From Podospora anserina (lineage: Eukaryota), in contig CM030337.1 of assembly GCA_017654855.1 (NCBI GenBank), forward strand, positions 2,294,001-2,358,000: a DNA stretch of 64,000 bases, read 5' to 3'. A program made the position numbers and the translations under genes. The notes under the pieces are model-generated. The model saw nothing but the letters and a program-made list of their open reading frames with translations. It was not told the DNA's origin and ran no database searches. Shown here in pieces: positions 1 through 11,352 of this stretch. The stretch's first letter is position 1. Each line of letters begins with the position of its first letter.

Positions 1-3000
1 ATTCTGCAGAAGAAGGGGGATTCTGAGAGGACAGCTCGGGACTTCTTGAAGGAGATCGACAAGCCGTCACCTGCAGGGTTGTTGGCAGCCATGACCAATG
101 CTGCTGGCGGACAGGGCTCCTGGGAGTTTGCCTTTACTGGATGGCACAGCCTGGCCGATGTCCGCTTCACCGAGTCCACAGATGGGCGGCTGATTTGGAT
201 GACGTCGACCCAGGAAATGAAGGGTGCCCACGCCGGCGAGTATTTCACCAGCAAGGCCATCACGACCAGGTGTTTTCTCCTTCGCGAGCACTACGAAGGC
301 AAGGCCAACAAGTGGACCGAGGACATTGTCAAGGCCAGAATCGAAGGAAGATTTTCGGAAAAGGAACGGGAGGACCCTGCATGGACCCTGCGTTCCGTCA
401 AGATGCAGGATGCACAGTTCGGCCTGCATGCCGCAGTCTTTCAGGAGGGCGCGCATCAACTAATCGAGGGCCGCAGGGAGCCAGCGCCAATACGCGTCGT
501 ACTTGACATCGAGAATGGCACCAAGGGAGCGCCTGTCGGCCATTACGGTGTGGAGATTGTGACCGAGGTCCGATGCGGCGACATGAAGAGGATATCGATG
601 AACACCATTGGCCTCAATGGCAAAAGGTTTACCGACGACATTGCTCTGGAGGACTTCCTACCAACCCTGTCCCGAAGAATTGTCCAGTTGCTGAGCTCGC
701 AATTCAGTGTAGCCAACCCCAGGCTTGTCCCCGCATTGGTGTCATATTACACCAAGGTAATACGGGCCATCAACATGGCACCGAAGGTGGAGAAGGCCAG
801 TTCGAGATCATTCCTCTCGTCATCGCCGGTCAAGATGCTCTCCAGCTTCCTGTCTGGAAACAGCAGCGCGTCATCCAACGGTACCGACTCGACACCAGTC
901 AATGGGTCGAAGCACAGAAGGACCAACTCTGCCAGGATGCGGTCCGAAAGAGAGAAGGAGCGGGAAAGGGAACGAGAAAGAGAACGTGACAGAGAACCTA
1001 CTGTACTGAACTCGTCTGTATCATCCAGAGAGCAGGGCATTCCTCGTATCACCATGGAGGAGGAGCGACCAGAAAACCCTCTTGTGCGCCTGGAGCAAAC
1101 ATTTACAGGATATGTGGCCAACATGCAGGCTCGGAAGGGCTACTTCATCGGCCGCACGTTGCTTAACAGATCAATGGCTGATGAGCTCGCTATCAACGAC
1201 CTCTACAACCGATTGATCGAATTTCCCTTTGACCTCGAAGCCGCCCAAGAGCTTGGCACCGAGGTGATCTTTTGCGCATTCGAGAAGTTTGTCCGCATCG
1301 CCTGGCGCGAGCAGATTGGGCCTATCATGACCATGCAGGCGCTTGAAGCTCTGCAGATCCGCGCCTCCAAGAAGGTTGTGGGGGATTTCGCAGATTTTGT
1401 TAGGTTTATTTTCAGCGACATGGCCCCTCAAAACCGACGAGCATTCACCGCTTTGATCAAGCTTCTGGCTGATCTCTTGGACGGCTGCTCCAATGACGGT
1501 GACAGAGGCGCCTTGACGCTTGCTTTTGCCGAACTGTTGGTTGACGACGACACCGCACCAAACTATATCAACCTCCTCGATAGAATGGTGGAGGATGTCG
1601 ATCGCATCTTTGAGGAGAACCACTTGAGTGTCACCATGCAGATGCTGATGAACAACAGATCTTTCGAGTCGCTGCACGCAACCGGCCGGAGCCACAAGTC
1701 TCAGTCGGGGTCTGTGACATCCAACACGTCGTCGCTGCGCAGGAAGTTTGGTTTCGACACACTGCTGCGCCAAAACAGCAAGAATGATGAGCGGCCTTCG
1801 GTGTGGAGGACGTTGAGCAAGCACGCCAGCAAGGCCCCTGTGCCCGGTGAGAGTGCCAGTCTTGGCAAGAACAGCAGGTCAAAGTCCATTGACATGAGCC
1901 TGAACTTCCCTACTCAGGGCAGGCTCCGGAGGCCAGCATCTAGGGACAGGCCACCTATTGCCGGGGCATTCGATGACATTGAGCACCGGCCGGGTAGCTC
2001 TAACCGGTATCTCGAGACCATTGGTGAACCGCACGACGAGCCGACCGAGACAAAACTGGTCAAAAAGAAGCGCCGTAGCTCGCTCTCGGACCTCAAAACT
2101 CTTATGGCTGCCGCCAACATCGATGATCCAGAAGAACAACTTATGCCTCTTCGTGTCAGCAGGCAGCAGACCGCCGAAAAGTTCAACTCCACACCACGTC
2201 CTCAGTCAATGTTTTTTTCGAGAGTCTCCACCTCCCCCACCAAAGCCTCACCGTCCAGGATACCCATCAGTCCACAGCCACCATCCAGCAGCACAAGCAC
2301 TTTCCGCTCCTCCCGACAAAAGGAGAACGATCCCATTCTCCACCACGATATAAAAACCCCATCAGAAAAAGAAGGGGACGGGTCAGAGGAAGACTCAGGG
2401 AAGACGAGCTACGACAGAGCGCGTGCTAGAACCATCGCCATTTCGCAGATCCCTACCCTGAAGCCCAATTCGAGGATCCCAGGGGCGACAATTTTTCCTC
2501 CGCCGCTCGAGTCACCCGCCAATGTCAGACCCGGCACTGGGACGAGCAGCATTCCCCGCACGCCGAGCACACCAGGCCAAAGACTCCGTCTGCAATCCCC
2601 GCAGAAGCTCCGCGAGAGATTGCAAACGGAAAAGAAAGCCATCGACGAAGTCGACGCTTCGCTAAAGTCGGAACTCTCCCGCATAGAAGAGGACATGGCG
2701 CGCCTAGGGGGGTCGTCGCTGCCCCGCTCATCTACCCTTGACTTTCGAAAGTTGACGCTTGCGGTCAAGACTCTGGAGGAGAAGGTCCCTCTGGCGCTGA
2801 TAGAATTGGAGCAGAGGAAGCAGCAGCTGGAGAAGGACTTGGAGGACACGCTGAGGGGGATGGAGATGAAGGTCAAGGCGATTGATCAGTTGTATAAGGA
2901 GGCGACGGCGGAGAACGAGCTGCTGTATGAAAAGTTTAATGGGGAGTTGGGGAAGATTGTAAAGGCGATCAAGGGGAAGGGGCAGGAGGGGAAGGAGGAG

Positions 3001-3141
3001 CTGGTGGGAAGATTGAGGGAGCAGGGGGAGGAGATGGGGAGGGTGAAGAGGGAGAATGCGAGGTTGAAGAGGGAGGTGGTTAGTTTGAGGGGGGTGTTGA
3101 AGGGGAGTGTGAGGGAGGGGCATCAGGGGGGGGATACTTAA
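1..3141 (+). CDS. Large conserved fungal protein, 5'-truncated by the window edge; helical (possibly RhoGAP-like) central region, S/P-rich linker, C-terminal coiled coil
   Basis: Frame is open from base 1 to TAA at 3141 (>1040 codons). Contains an RE dipeptide tract, an S/P/T low-complexity region and a heptad-rich E/K/L C-terminus. Domain identity is only tentative. Confidence 0.7.
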   Translation: MLQKKGDSERTARDFLKEIDKPSPAGLLAAMTNAAGGQGSWEFAFTGWHSLADVRFTESTDGRLIWMTSTQEMKGAHAGEYFTSKAITTRCFLLREHYEGKANKWTEDIVKARIEGRFSEKEREDPAWTLRSVKMQDAQFGLHAAVFQEGAHQLIEGRREPAPIRVVLDIENGTKGAPVGHYGVEIVTEVRCGDMKRISMNTIGLNGKRFTDDIALEDFLPTLSRRIVQLLSSQFSVANPRLVPALVSYYTKVIRAINMAPKVEKASSRSFLSSSPVKMLSSFLSGNSSASSNGTDSTPVNGSKHRRTNSARMRSEREKERERERERERDREPTVLNSSVSSREQGIPRITMEEERPENPLVRLEQTFTGYVANMQARKGYFIGRTLLNRSMADELAINDLYNRLIEFPFDLEAAQELGTEVIFCAFEKFVRIAWREQIGPIMTMQALEALQIRASKKVVGDFADFVRFIFSDMAPQNRRAFTALIKLLADLLDGCSNDGDRGALTLAFAELLVDDDTAPNYINLLDRMVEDVDRIFEENHLSVTMQMLMNNRSFESLHATGRSHKSQSGSVTSNTSSLRRKFGFDTLLRQNSKNDERPSVWRTLSKHASKAPVPGESASLGKNSRSKSIDMSLNFPTQGRLRRPASRDRPPIAGAFDDIEHRPGSSNRYLETIGEPHDEPTETKLVKKKRRSSLSDLKTLMAAANIDDPEEQLMPLRVSRQQTAEKFNSTPRPQSMFFSRVSTSPTKASPSRIPISPQPPSSSTSTFRSSRQKENDPILHHDIKTPSEKEGDGSEEDSGKTSYDRARARTIAISQIPTLKPNSRIPGATIFPPPLESPANVRPGTGTSSIPRTPSTPGQRLRLQSPQKLRERLQTEKKAIDEVDASLKSELSRIEEDMARLGGSSLPRSSTLDFRKLTLAVKTLEEKVPLALIELEQRKQQLEKDLEDTLRGMEMKVKAIDQLYKEATAENELLYEKFNGELGKIVKAIKGKGQEGKEELVGRLREQGEEMGRVKRENARLKREVVSLRGVLKGSVREGHQGGDT

Positions 3142-3503
3142 TGTGGGGCGGGTAATAATACATATGAAAGGAGGAGAGGGGGGTTACAGGGGAGATGGAA
3201 AAATGGGAGGGAAAGGGATAAACTTGTTGGGACATCACTTGCAAGGCGAGGCGTTGGGGGTGTTTGTTGTATTGGGATAGGATTTGTATTTTTTTATTTT
3301 TTTTGTTGGAATTGTTGTAGGGATATAGGGTAGAGATTTGGCGAGGCCAAAGGGGGGATGGAATATGGACCATTAGTGTTTTGTTGTGTCTTTTGATCAT
3401 GACTTGTGAACATGTAGGTGTGGTTTATTCACCATCACTGACTGACAATACCAGTGGGATGTTGCAAAGCGCACTATGGACCCCAATTCTGAACTTGACT
3501 AGC

Positions 3504-3622
3504 ACATACGACCATATCCAGCTAAAAATACGGCATCCCGTCCGCTCTGCCCTCGTCAAATGGCTGAGAGCCGAATCAGTACTCAGGTGGGTGACCACTG
3601 GGGAATCCTCGGTGTTGTATGT
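3504..3622 (+). rRNA. Dispersed 5S rRNA gene
   Basis: ACATACGACCATA...ATCCCGTCCGCTCT...GGTGTTGTATGT followed by a T-run (Pol III terminator), ~119 nt. The ends pair (ACATACGAC/GTTGTATGT) and internal helices pair. Confidence 0.95.
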
Positions 3623-3921
3623 TTTTGGATTTTTTCTCGTTTCCAGTTTTGTGGGTCTTTCGTCACTGTTGGGTGTGAGTCGGGGGTTGCTTATGAGGCG
3701 GGACACAACAGCCTCCCAAGTTGTGAGGGTGTGATCTATTCCAGCCTATTGTGAGGCATTTGCTGAGCTACTGAAAACATAAGATAGCGTGCGTGTAATA
3801 ATAAAACGAGGACCTGTTTCTATTTGCCAGTCCTGGGGGTATCACTAAGCCAAATGAACACTTGCAACCTGAACGCCAACCGAAAATCCCAGACACAGAC
3901 AAACAACCCATGCCATACCCC

Positions 3922-4828
3922 TCACACTCTCTCTTGCGCAGCCGTAAATTCCATCAACCCAACCTTTGCCCTCGACTCCTCAACCCAGCACTCAAACCAC
4001 AGCGGTCCAGCCTCCACCACCCTGACTGGTGTAGTTTTGGCTGCTACCCCGGTTTCTGCCCTGGATGCCACTGAGGTGACGCACCCCCCCTTGCCTTTTC
4101 TGTCTTGTGGCTCTGGTGGAGGATCAGTTGGTTCTGAGGGGATCCAATCTTGATGGTGCTGGCCTCTGTTTTTAGCACCATTACCGACCATATTTAGACA
4201 AAGGAAAAAGTTCACTTACACCGATGGGAGCAGCAGCGTCATCTTTCAGCTCTACAGCTAGCGTGAACGTGCACCCCTCTGGTATCGGACTCAACCGCTC
4301 CATCACCTGCGCCATCTTGAGGAGGCAAGCCCGGAATTGCTCGTTAAGGTTGGTAAGGTTAAGGGAGGGGTGGTTGAGTAACGGCTCACGGGTGACTTCG
4401 GAGCGGAAGTCCTTTTCCAGGATCCGGGCGTGGGTGGCCATGGAGGGGGTTGTCCAGGTTGGGAAGTGGGAGGTGTCGAATGTGTAGCGTTCTAGGACTG
4501 AGCCTGGAGGGATGGGGGATGGGGAGGGGGGGAAGGAGAGGGAGAAAGGGTCGAGAGGGGAGTGGATTACTACTGCTATGAGGTAGACTTTGCCTGATGA
4601 TAGCTGGGCGGCGACGGAGGAGACGGCGTCGGTGATCCAGGTGCATACTTTTGGGTGACGGTTTTGGTGGACGGGGAGGTTGTAGGCGCGGGCGGAGAGG
4701 AAGGTTTCGGGGGGGTAGAGACGGCGGTAGAAGAGGATGTTGTGGATGGCGACGGTGAGGAAGGTGTTGAATGATGTGAGGAGGATGTGGGATTGGTCTA
4801 TGGGGAGGGAGGAGGATTCGTCGGCCAT
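3922..4828 (-). CDS. REV7: HORMA-domain protein, DNA polymerase zeta subunit Rev7 (2 exons: 4828-4220, 4158-3922)
   Basis: FLTVAIHNILFYRRLYPPETF..ARAYNLPVHQNRHPKVCTWI, VLERYTFD, CTFTLAVEL, WIPSEP, PVRVVEAGPLWFECWVEES. GTAAGT donor and CAG acceptor join in frame. Confidence 0.88.
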
Positions 4829-5418
4829 GGTGACCATGAAAGGAGGTTATTTTGGGCTTTAGGGTATATGATGAGACGTGATGTATTCGGGGATTTGACG
4901 CTAAGCGCTGTGGCTGTTGTTGAATCTGGTTCTGATGCTTACACGAGCGCGAACGGAGGGGTTTCCATTGTTTGGTGGGAGACGCGACGAGTCGTGCATT
5001 CCGCAACGCCAAAGCATGTGACTGGTAGCTTGTACAAGAAAGAGAGTTACTTAGCGGGGAAAAGCTGGACTATTCTGTCCGCCTTCCCCACGTCTGGCGC
5101 GTGCCCCTGCTCTGCCAATTAACCTCTTAAGCTTCGAGGTCCAGCGCTCCACTCGAGATTTTGGAGGAGGCGTCAGTCTTCTGAAATGCAACCCCACCTT
5201 CGGATAACACCGCCATTCTGATATTTCGAGAAAGTCCCCTCACGTTCTGACAGCAGCTCGCCGTGTCGTCCAGAGTTGCCTAAAAGTATTCCGAAAACGT
5301 GGACAGCAAGGTCTTGTCTACTCTTATACAACAACACCAGCTGTGACAGCTCTTATCGAATACGGCGTAACTCCCCCAATTCCCCGCGAATCATTATTCC
5401 GAGCTCCAGCCGTCCACC

Positions 5419-8400
5419 ATGGACGCCCATCTCGTCCGGGTCCTTGTGGACACGCAAAAGCCCCAAGAAGCGCCTCGAAAACAGGCCGAGCTCGAACTCC
5501 AACATGCCCAAAGGAACCCCGACTTTCCTCTAGCACTCACACGCATCGGCCTATCACAGCAGCTCGCGGTCGGAATCCGACAGGCATCCCTGAGTGCCCT
5601 CCGCAGATTTGTTGAGAAGAACTGGCAACCCGAGGGCAATGATCCGGACCATGTGCCCATTTCCGACGAGACCAAAGAGTATTTGAAGACTACTATTCTC
5701 AACCTCGCCATAGCTCCCGAGGATGAGCAGGATGAGCGCAAGGTCAAGGTCTCGGCCAGGTAAAACAAGACACAAAACCCCTCCACGGGCAAGGATGCTA
5801 GCTGTTGGAGAACAGGGAAGGAGGAGCTAACACCCCTTGTGTAACAGTCTTCTTATTTCGAAGATCGCCGTCGCCGACTTCCCACACAACTGGCCCAACC
5901 TCCTGCCCACCGTACTGGGTATTATGCCCACTGGCAACGATGCTCAGCTCCATGGCGCTCTTCGAATTTTGCAGGACCTTGTAGAGGAGGCCATCACCGA
6001 TGAGCAATTCTTTAGCTTGGCCCGCGACATTATTACGGCATGCTACGAGGTGGCCTTGAACATAAACCGCAAGTCTCAGCATCGTGCGCTGGCTGTCGCT
6101 GTCTTGCGCGCCTGCTTCGACCTGATGGAAGTTGTGAAGGATGGCCACAAGAAGGAGGTTAAAGCCTTCGCCGATGAAGTCTTGTCTGGGTGGCTTCCAT
6201 TCATGGAGCAGGTCGTCTCCAGCCCGCTTCCAGAAGTTGCCAATGCGGATAACCAACCGGAGGAGTGGTACGGCCCAGTTGCGCTCAAGATCCAGGTCCT
6301 CAAGACTCTGATCAAGATCAAGACCGTATTTGGTTCTCTTCTCTTGCCTCAGAGCCCCAAGTTCTTCACGGTAACATGGCAGGAGCTGAAGCGGTTGGGA
6401 CCTGTGTACGAAGCACTCTACGTTACTAGCGATTCGCAGAGCCGCTTGGAAGACACAGATGGCCTTCCGTATTCGGTCGACGTCCTGGTGTTGGATGAGC
6501 TGGACTTCCTTAACCAGTGCATGCGGGCAAGCCCTGTGGCAAAGTCGCTGGAGGCTGAGATTGCCAGTCACGGATCGGTACACAACACGCCTTGGGTTCT
6601 GGAACTCATGGAGATCCTCGTCAGGTACGGGCAAGTCAGCCAAGAGGAGGAGGGCCTCTGGGAGCTTGATGTTTCTCTCTACCTTGCCGAGGAGACGTCC
6701 GTGTCCTCAAACTACACGGCCAGAACCGCCTGCGGTGACCTGCTCATCAAGATGGGTGAGTGGATGGGCGAGGACGCCTTCGTTGGGCTGTATGCGTTTA
6801 CCAAGACACTCTTCGTGGGAGAGCACCCAAGCTGGCAGAAACAGGAGGCGGCTCTTTTCCTGTTCATCTCCCTCTTCAACGATTTTTATGACTGCGAAAA
6901 GAACATCCCACTGGACATGTCCCACGCCTGGCTGGAGCTTGTCAACTACGCCATTGGCAGGCAGGACCTGCCCATGTTGCGCGCTAGAGGCTATCTGGTT
7001 GCTGGTGCCTTGGCCAGGACATTTGAGCCAGCTCTTGGTTTGCTGGACGCCGTCATCACCGCTATGAACCAGGACGAGTCTGAGCTTGTGCAGGTAGCTT
7101 GCGTCAAGGCAGTCGAAGGCTTCATTATCGGTGGCGCTCCCATTGAAGCGCAAGTGCCCATTATCGTCGCTATCCAGCAATTCCTCGAATCCAAGGATAT
7201 GAGCGATCTTGACGATGCCGAGGATCTTCTTGTCACTCTCCTCGACACGCTTAGGTCAGCGTTCAAGATGGACTACCGTATTGTCCTCTCGCCCGAGAGC
7301 AAGGCGCTCGACTTGGTGTTCTTGGTCGTGAAGCATGGTGCTGCCAACCTTCAAGTCGATGGCCTCGTCAACGATATCTTCTACGAGCTTGCCGAGAGGA
7401 TTCAACAGATTGAAGACCCAGCTCTCTATACCGCCCTCTGCAGCAAGGCTCTGCCCTCTATCACTAGCACCTTTGACGTTGCCAATCTCACTCAGGATGA
7501 GCCGCTGGTTACGATTGCGGCCGAGATTCTCGCCGTTCTCCTCAACTTTGGCGTTGAGCCGCTGCCCGCCGGCTTGGTTGCCACGGTTCTTCCCAAGGTC
7601 AATCGGTTGCTTATGTCTTCTGACGAAGCTGAGGTTCTTAGGCCAGCTGCCGAAGCTGTCAAATACATGCTCCAACACGACCATCAGCAGATGTTTAACT
7701 ACCAAGACGAAAACGGCCGTTCTGGGTTGGAGGTCTGTCTCCACATTATCGACCGTCTCCTTGGTCAGAACTTGGAGGATAATGCCGCCGCTGAAGTTGG
7801 TGGTGTTGCTGCCGAACTCGTCGAAAAGGCTGGCCAAGAGAGGCTTGGTCCCTTTTTGCAACAGCTTTTGCAGGCTGTTGCGCAGCGTCTCGACAGCGCT
7901 CAGAATGTTGGTCTGATACAGTCTCTGATCCTGGTCTTTGCTCGCCTTTCCGAGGTGGGCGCTCACGATGTTGTGGAGTTCTTGAGCAGCATCAACATAA
8001 ACGGGCAAAATGGCCTGCAGGTTGTGCTGACCAAGTGGTTGGAGAACTCGGTCAACTTTGTGGGGTATGAGGAGACTGCGAGAAAGTGAGTACATTCTTG
8101 AAGACGCATCAAAGACAAATACTGACATGTCACAGCATCATCGCCCTCTCCAAGGTCTACGCCCTCAACGACCCCCGCGTCGCGCAGGTTCAGGTCAGGG
8201 GCCAACTCATCATTCCCGAGGGCAACCGCATTAGAACACGATCCCAGACCAAGTTGCGTAAGTTCACCCTCCCCCTCTCGCCCATGTCTGTGATAAAAGC
8301 TTACGTAACCAGCAGAGCCTGATCAATACACCATCATCCCTGCCCCGCTCAAGATTCTCAAGCTCCTCGTCGACGACCTCGTCACTGCGTCAGGAGCCCA

Positions 8401-8686
8401 GCCAGCCTCCAAGGTAGCAGCTGCGGCGGCGTCCCAGTTTGCAGACCTCGACTCGGACGACGGGTCCGAGGGCTGGGAGGATGAGACCAACGACTTGGTC
8501 AACCTCGGCGCTGCCGTCTCTGCGGGCAACTTTGACTTTGGCGACAAGGTGCGCAACGACGAGACGGGTGAGTACCTGAGGGTGTTCTTTGTCAAGGCGG
8601 CGCAGGAAAACACGGCGAACTTTCAGCACTGGTTTGAACTTCTTAGTGATGAGGAGAAGGGGAAACTGAGGGAGCTGGCTCAGTAG
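5419..8686 (+). CDS. Importin-9 / Kap114-like karyopherin beta (4 exons)
   Basis: IBN_N-like start (RKQAELELQ..., LRRFVEKNW), IAVADFPHNWPNLL, HEAT repeats, C-terminal RIRTRSQTK..PDQYTIIPAPLKILKLL. Introns at about 5760-5847, 8086-8135 and 8258-8315. Confidence 0.88.
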
Positions 8687-9300
8687 GACTTGGCCAGGAC
8701 GTACAAAGGGAAGGTGCTGCCCTGGAACTCGGAGGCTGATTTGCCCGTGGGGCATTTCAGGCTTATGGGCTACTATCAAGAGGTGCAGGAGGGGAGATTT
8801 GGGGATATTTTTAGAGGGATGATGAGATGGGAAGAGGATAAGAAAATGAGAAGACTGGTTGGGGTCGCGTGAGTGAAAGTGGGAGGGTTGGATGGGTTTA
8901 TTATGGGGATGTATATGCGTAGGTAGCAGCGATAGGTTTTTTTTGGGGGGGGGGGTAGAAGTTTATGTAGTCGGGGTGTACAAAGCGTTGATTTTATATA
9001 AACATGTCATTAAATCACGGCAGGGCCAGAGACAGCTTATTAGCGAAAGAGGATGAATGTTGTCTGGAATGGGCCACTTGCAAGTTTTGCTTGACATCAA
9101 ACTAGCTAATTCTTTTTGGTCATTCGTCATGGCCATAAAAGACAGTGTCTCGTCACTAGCTTCCGACTTGGAGTTTGCCCATCAAAACAATAACATCAGC
9201 TTCGTTTCTTCGTAATAACATCATAAAGCGTACAACACTGCTACAAAACGCCCTTATCATTCTCTCCCCCTGCACCTCTTCTCAAAAAGTTTATACTCCA

Positions 9301-10440
9301 TCAAATGATATCACCCCCAAACCCCCCAAATCCCCCTCCAAACCCACTACCTCCCCTACCACCACCCGGTCTTCCACCCCCAAACCTAGGCTGGCCCCCC
9401 GGACCAAGCGGATCCCACCTCGCCCCAGGCGGAACCTGCCCGTCAAAGCTCCCATCTCCCTCTCCCCTCGGTCCCTGAAACAACGGATCGTCAAACGTGG
9501 GATGCATACCGCCCCCTGCAAACCCTCCGCGCCCACCTGGTCTCCTTAGCCCGCCCGGACCGACAAAGCTGCCTCTGATGGAATCATCCGGTCCCAGGCC
9601 GGGAGGGTACAAATCGTTATGTCCCAGCCCTCCGAAATTCCCACCAGGCATGTTGAGGGGACCTCGAGGGGGTCGGTTGACTTCGTATTCGTCTTCAAAG
9701 TCAGGTGGCGGGAAGTCACCGGCTGGGATTGGCCTTGGGGGAGGGTTGGCGAGCGGGTCAGGGGCAGGGTAAGGGTTTGGTTGGGCTGGTGGGGGGAGGT
9801 GAGGGGGGTCTTGTGGTCTATGGGGGTTAGGATCAAGACGGGTGGCTGATGCTGCTGGGTCTTCTTGATAGCCCTCTTTTTGGAGGGATGGTATCAACCG
9901 TTGGATGATGGAGATTTTGAGCAAAGAGGCGAGGTCGGTTATACGTGCTTCGGAGATGAAGACGTTGGAGAGTTTGGAGTAGAGGTCTGAGCGGTCTTCG
10001 TTGCCTTCGGGTGTCATGGTTATGCGGACTGGGAGGGAGGCGTTGGAGATGTAATCTTTGGGTGTGATTTCGAAGCGGGCGATGCGTTCGTCTCCGGTGG
10101 CCAACCCCCGGACTTCAATCTTGGAGCCGAGGCGGTCGATGCGGATGACGAATTGCATGGAGGATTGGGGGTGGGCGTAGACGAAGCTGTGGGAGCTGGC
10201 GGAGGCGTTCCATGGCGGGGGGAGGCGAGGGGCGAGCTTGGCGCACTCGGACTCGATCTTTTGGTCTTCGTTGAGGCCGAGGAGGCGGAAGGAGAGGTTG
10301 GTGAAGCAACTGTGGATGAATAGGGTGATGGCGTCGAGGGAGGAGCTGAGGTCGGAGGTGGTGTCGTCTTTGGAGTGGGTGGGGAGGGCTTCGACCATGG
10401 AGCCTAGCACTGAGGCTGGGCTGAGGGGGTCGGTTGTCAT
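9301..10440 (-). CDS. PI31 proteasome inhibitor (PSMF1/Fub1 family)
   Basis: N-terminal FP domain (LFIHSCFTNLSFRLLG, FVYAHPQSSMQF) and Pro/Gly-rich C-terminus with GHNDLYPPG, GMHPTFDDPLF and VPPGARWDPLGP. Confidence 0.9.
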   Translation of the reverse strand: MTTDPLSPASVLGSMVEALPTHSKDDTTSDLSSSLDAITLFIHSCFTNLSFRLLGLNEDQKIESECAKLAPRLPPPWNASASSHSFVYAHPQSSMQFVIRIDRLGSKIEVRGLATGDERIARFEITPKDYISNASLPVRITMTPEGNEDRSDLYSKLSNVFISEARITDLASLLKISIIQRLIPSLQKEGYQEDPAASATRLDPNPHRPQDPPHLPPPAQPNPYPAPDPLANPPPRPIPAGDFPPPDFEDEYEVNRPPRGPLNMPGGNFGGLGHNDLYPPGLGPDDSIRGSFVGPGGLRRPGGRGGFAGGGMHPTFDDPLFQGPRGEGDGSFDGQVPPGARWDPLGPGGQPRFGGGRPGGGRGGSGFGGGFGGFGGDII

Positions 10441-11352
10441 TGTGAAGGTGATGGTGCGAGAAATAGAAACTGGACTGATTTGGCGTAATGTGTTTGGATG
10501 GTATCGGATGATGTGGATGTAATCAGGTTTAAAGAAGCTTGGTGAAGTAGAAGGCATAAAGAAGGTTCAACGTTCATGCGACCACTCGAAGCTTTGGCGG
10601 GGGTGCGGGGACCCTAGCCCCACTGACGTAAGGTGCTGCCTATACTAGCGACTCTCAGCCCTACGGGTGGGGTGTTTTGGAGCTTCCACCAATGACAGAT
10701 TAGAGTCGATTAAAGGGAGCACTCAGGGGCAACTGACATCACTTGGAGACTGTTGTAAGCCGCAAACCAACAAACAGTGCCACTATCATACAACATCAAC
10801 TTCATTCCCCTATCTTATCACAATCTTTTCGCGTATGTAGCATTCTGATACATCCACCAAAATGGTACCTCTGCGGTCTCTTGATCGTCTGATCCTGAAC
10901 TCAAGGTGCTGTTCTCACAAAAGTTTCTTCCTTTCATTCCCCAGAATATCCACCATGGCCATTTCCATGTCCGCTTCACCGCTTCTCTCTATATATGCCC
11001 AAGTGGGCAAAATAGCCATCAATGCTCAAGTGTGTAGCAACCAACGCCCACCCGACATCCGGTCGATATTTATTACGAGTATATTAATCTACATTACTCA
11101 CTAAAATCTATTGTTTTCGATCTCAGGTGTTGATGGTACACGAAAGATTCATGACCACCTGCTCGGCATACATCTATCGATCGGCATCATGGCCAGCCGG
11201 AACCTCTTCACTGTTGTCCTTCTCAACTTTATTTACATCTCCTTCGCTTTTATCTTCGTTATCAAGGTGATAGTTGAGATCAGGGGTAAAAGCGTCCTCC
11301 CCGAAGCCATAGTCGTCCAACGATAGCCCCACGACCAGACCTTCTTCGGGAC

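Noticed and set aside
3381-3754. ORFs of 64-117 aa on both strands
   Set aside because: They overlap the 5S rRNA gene and have no coding features.
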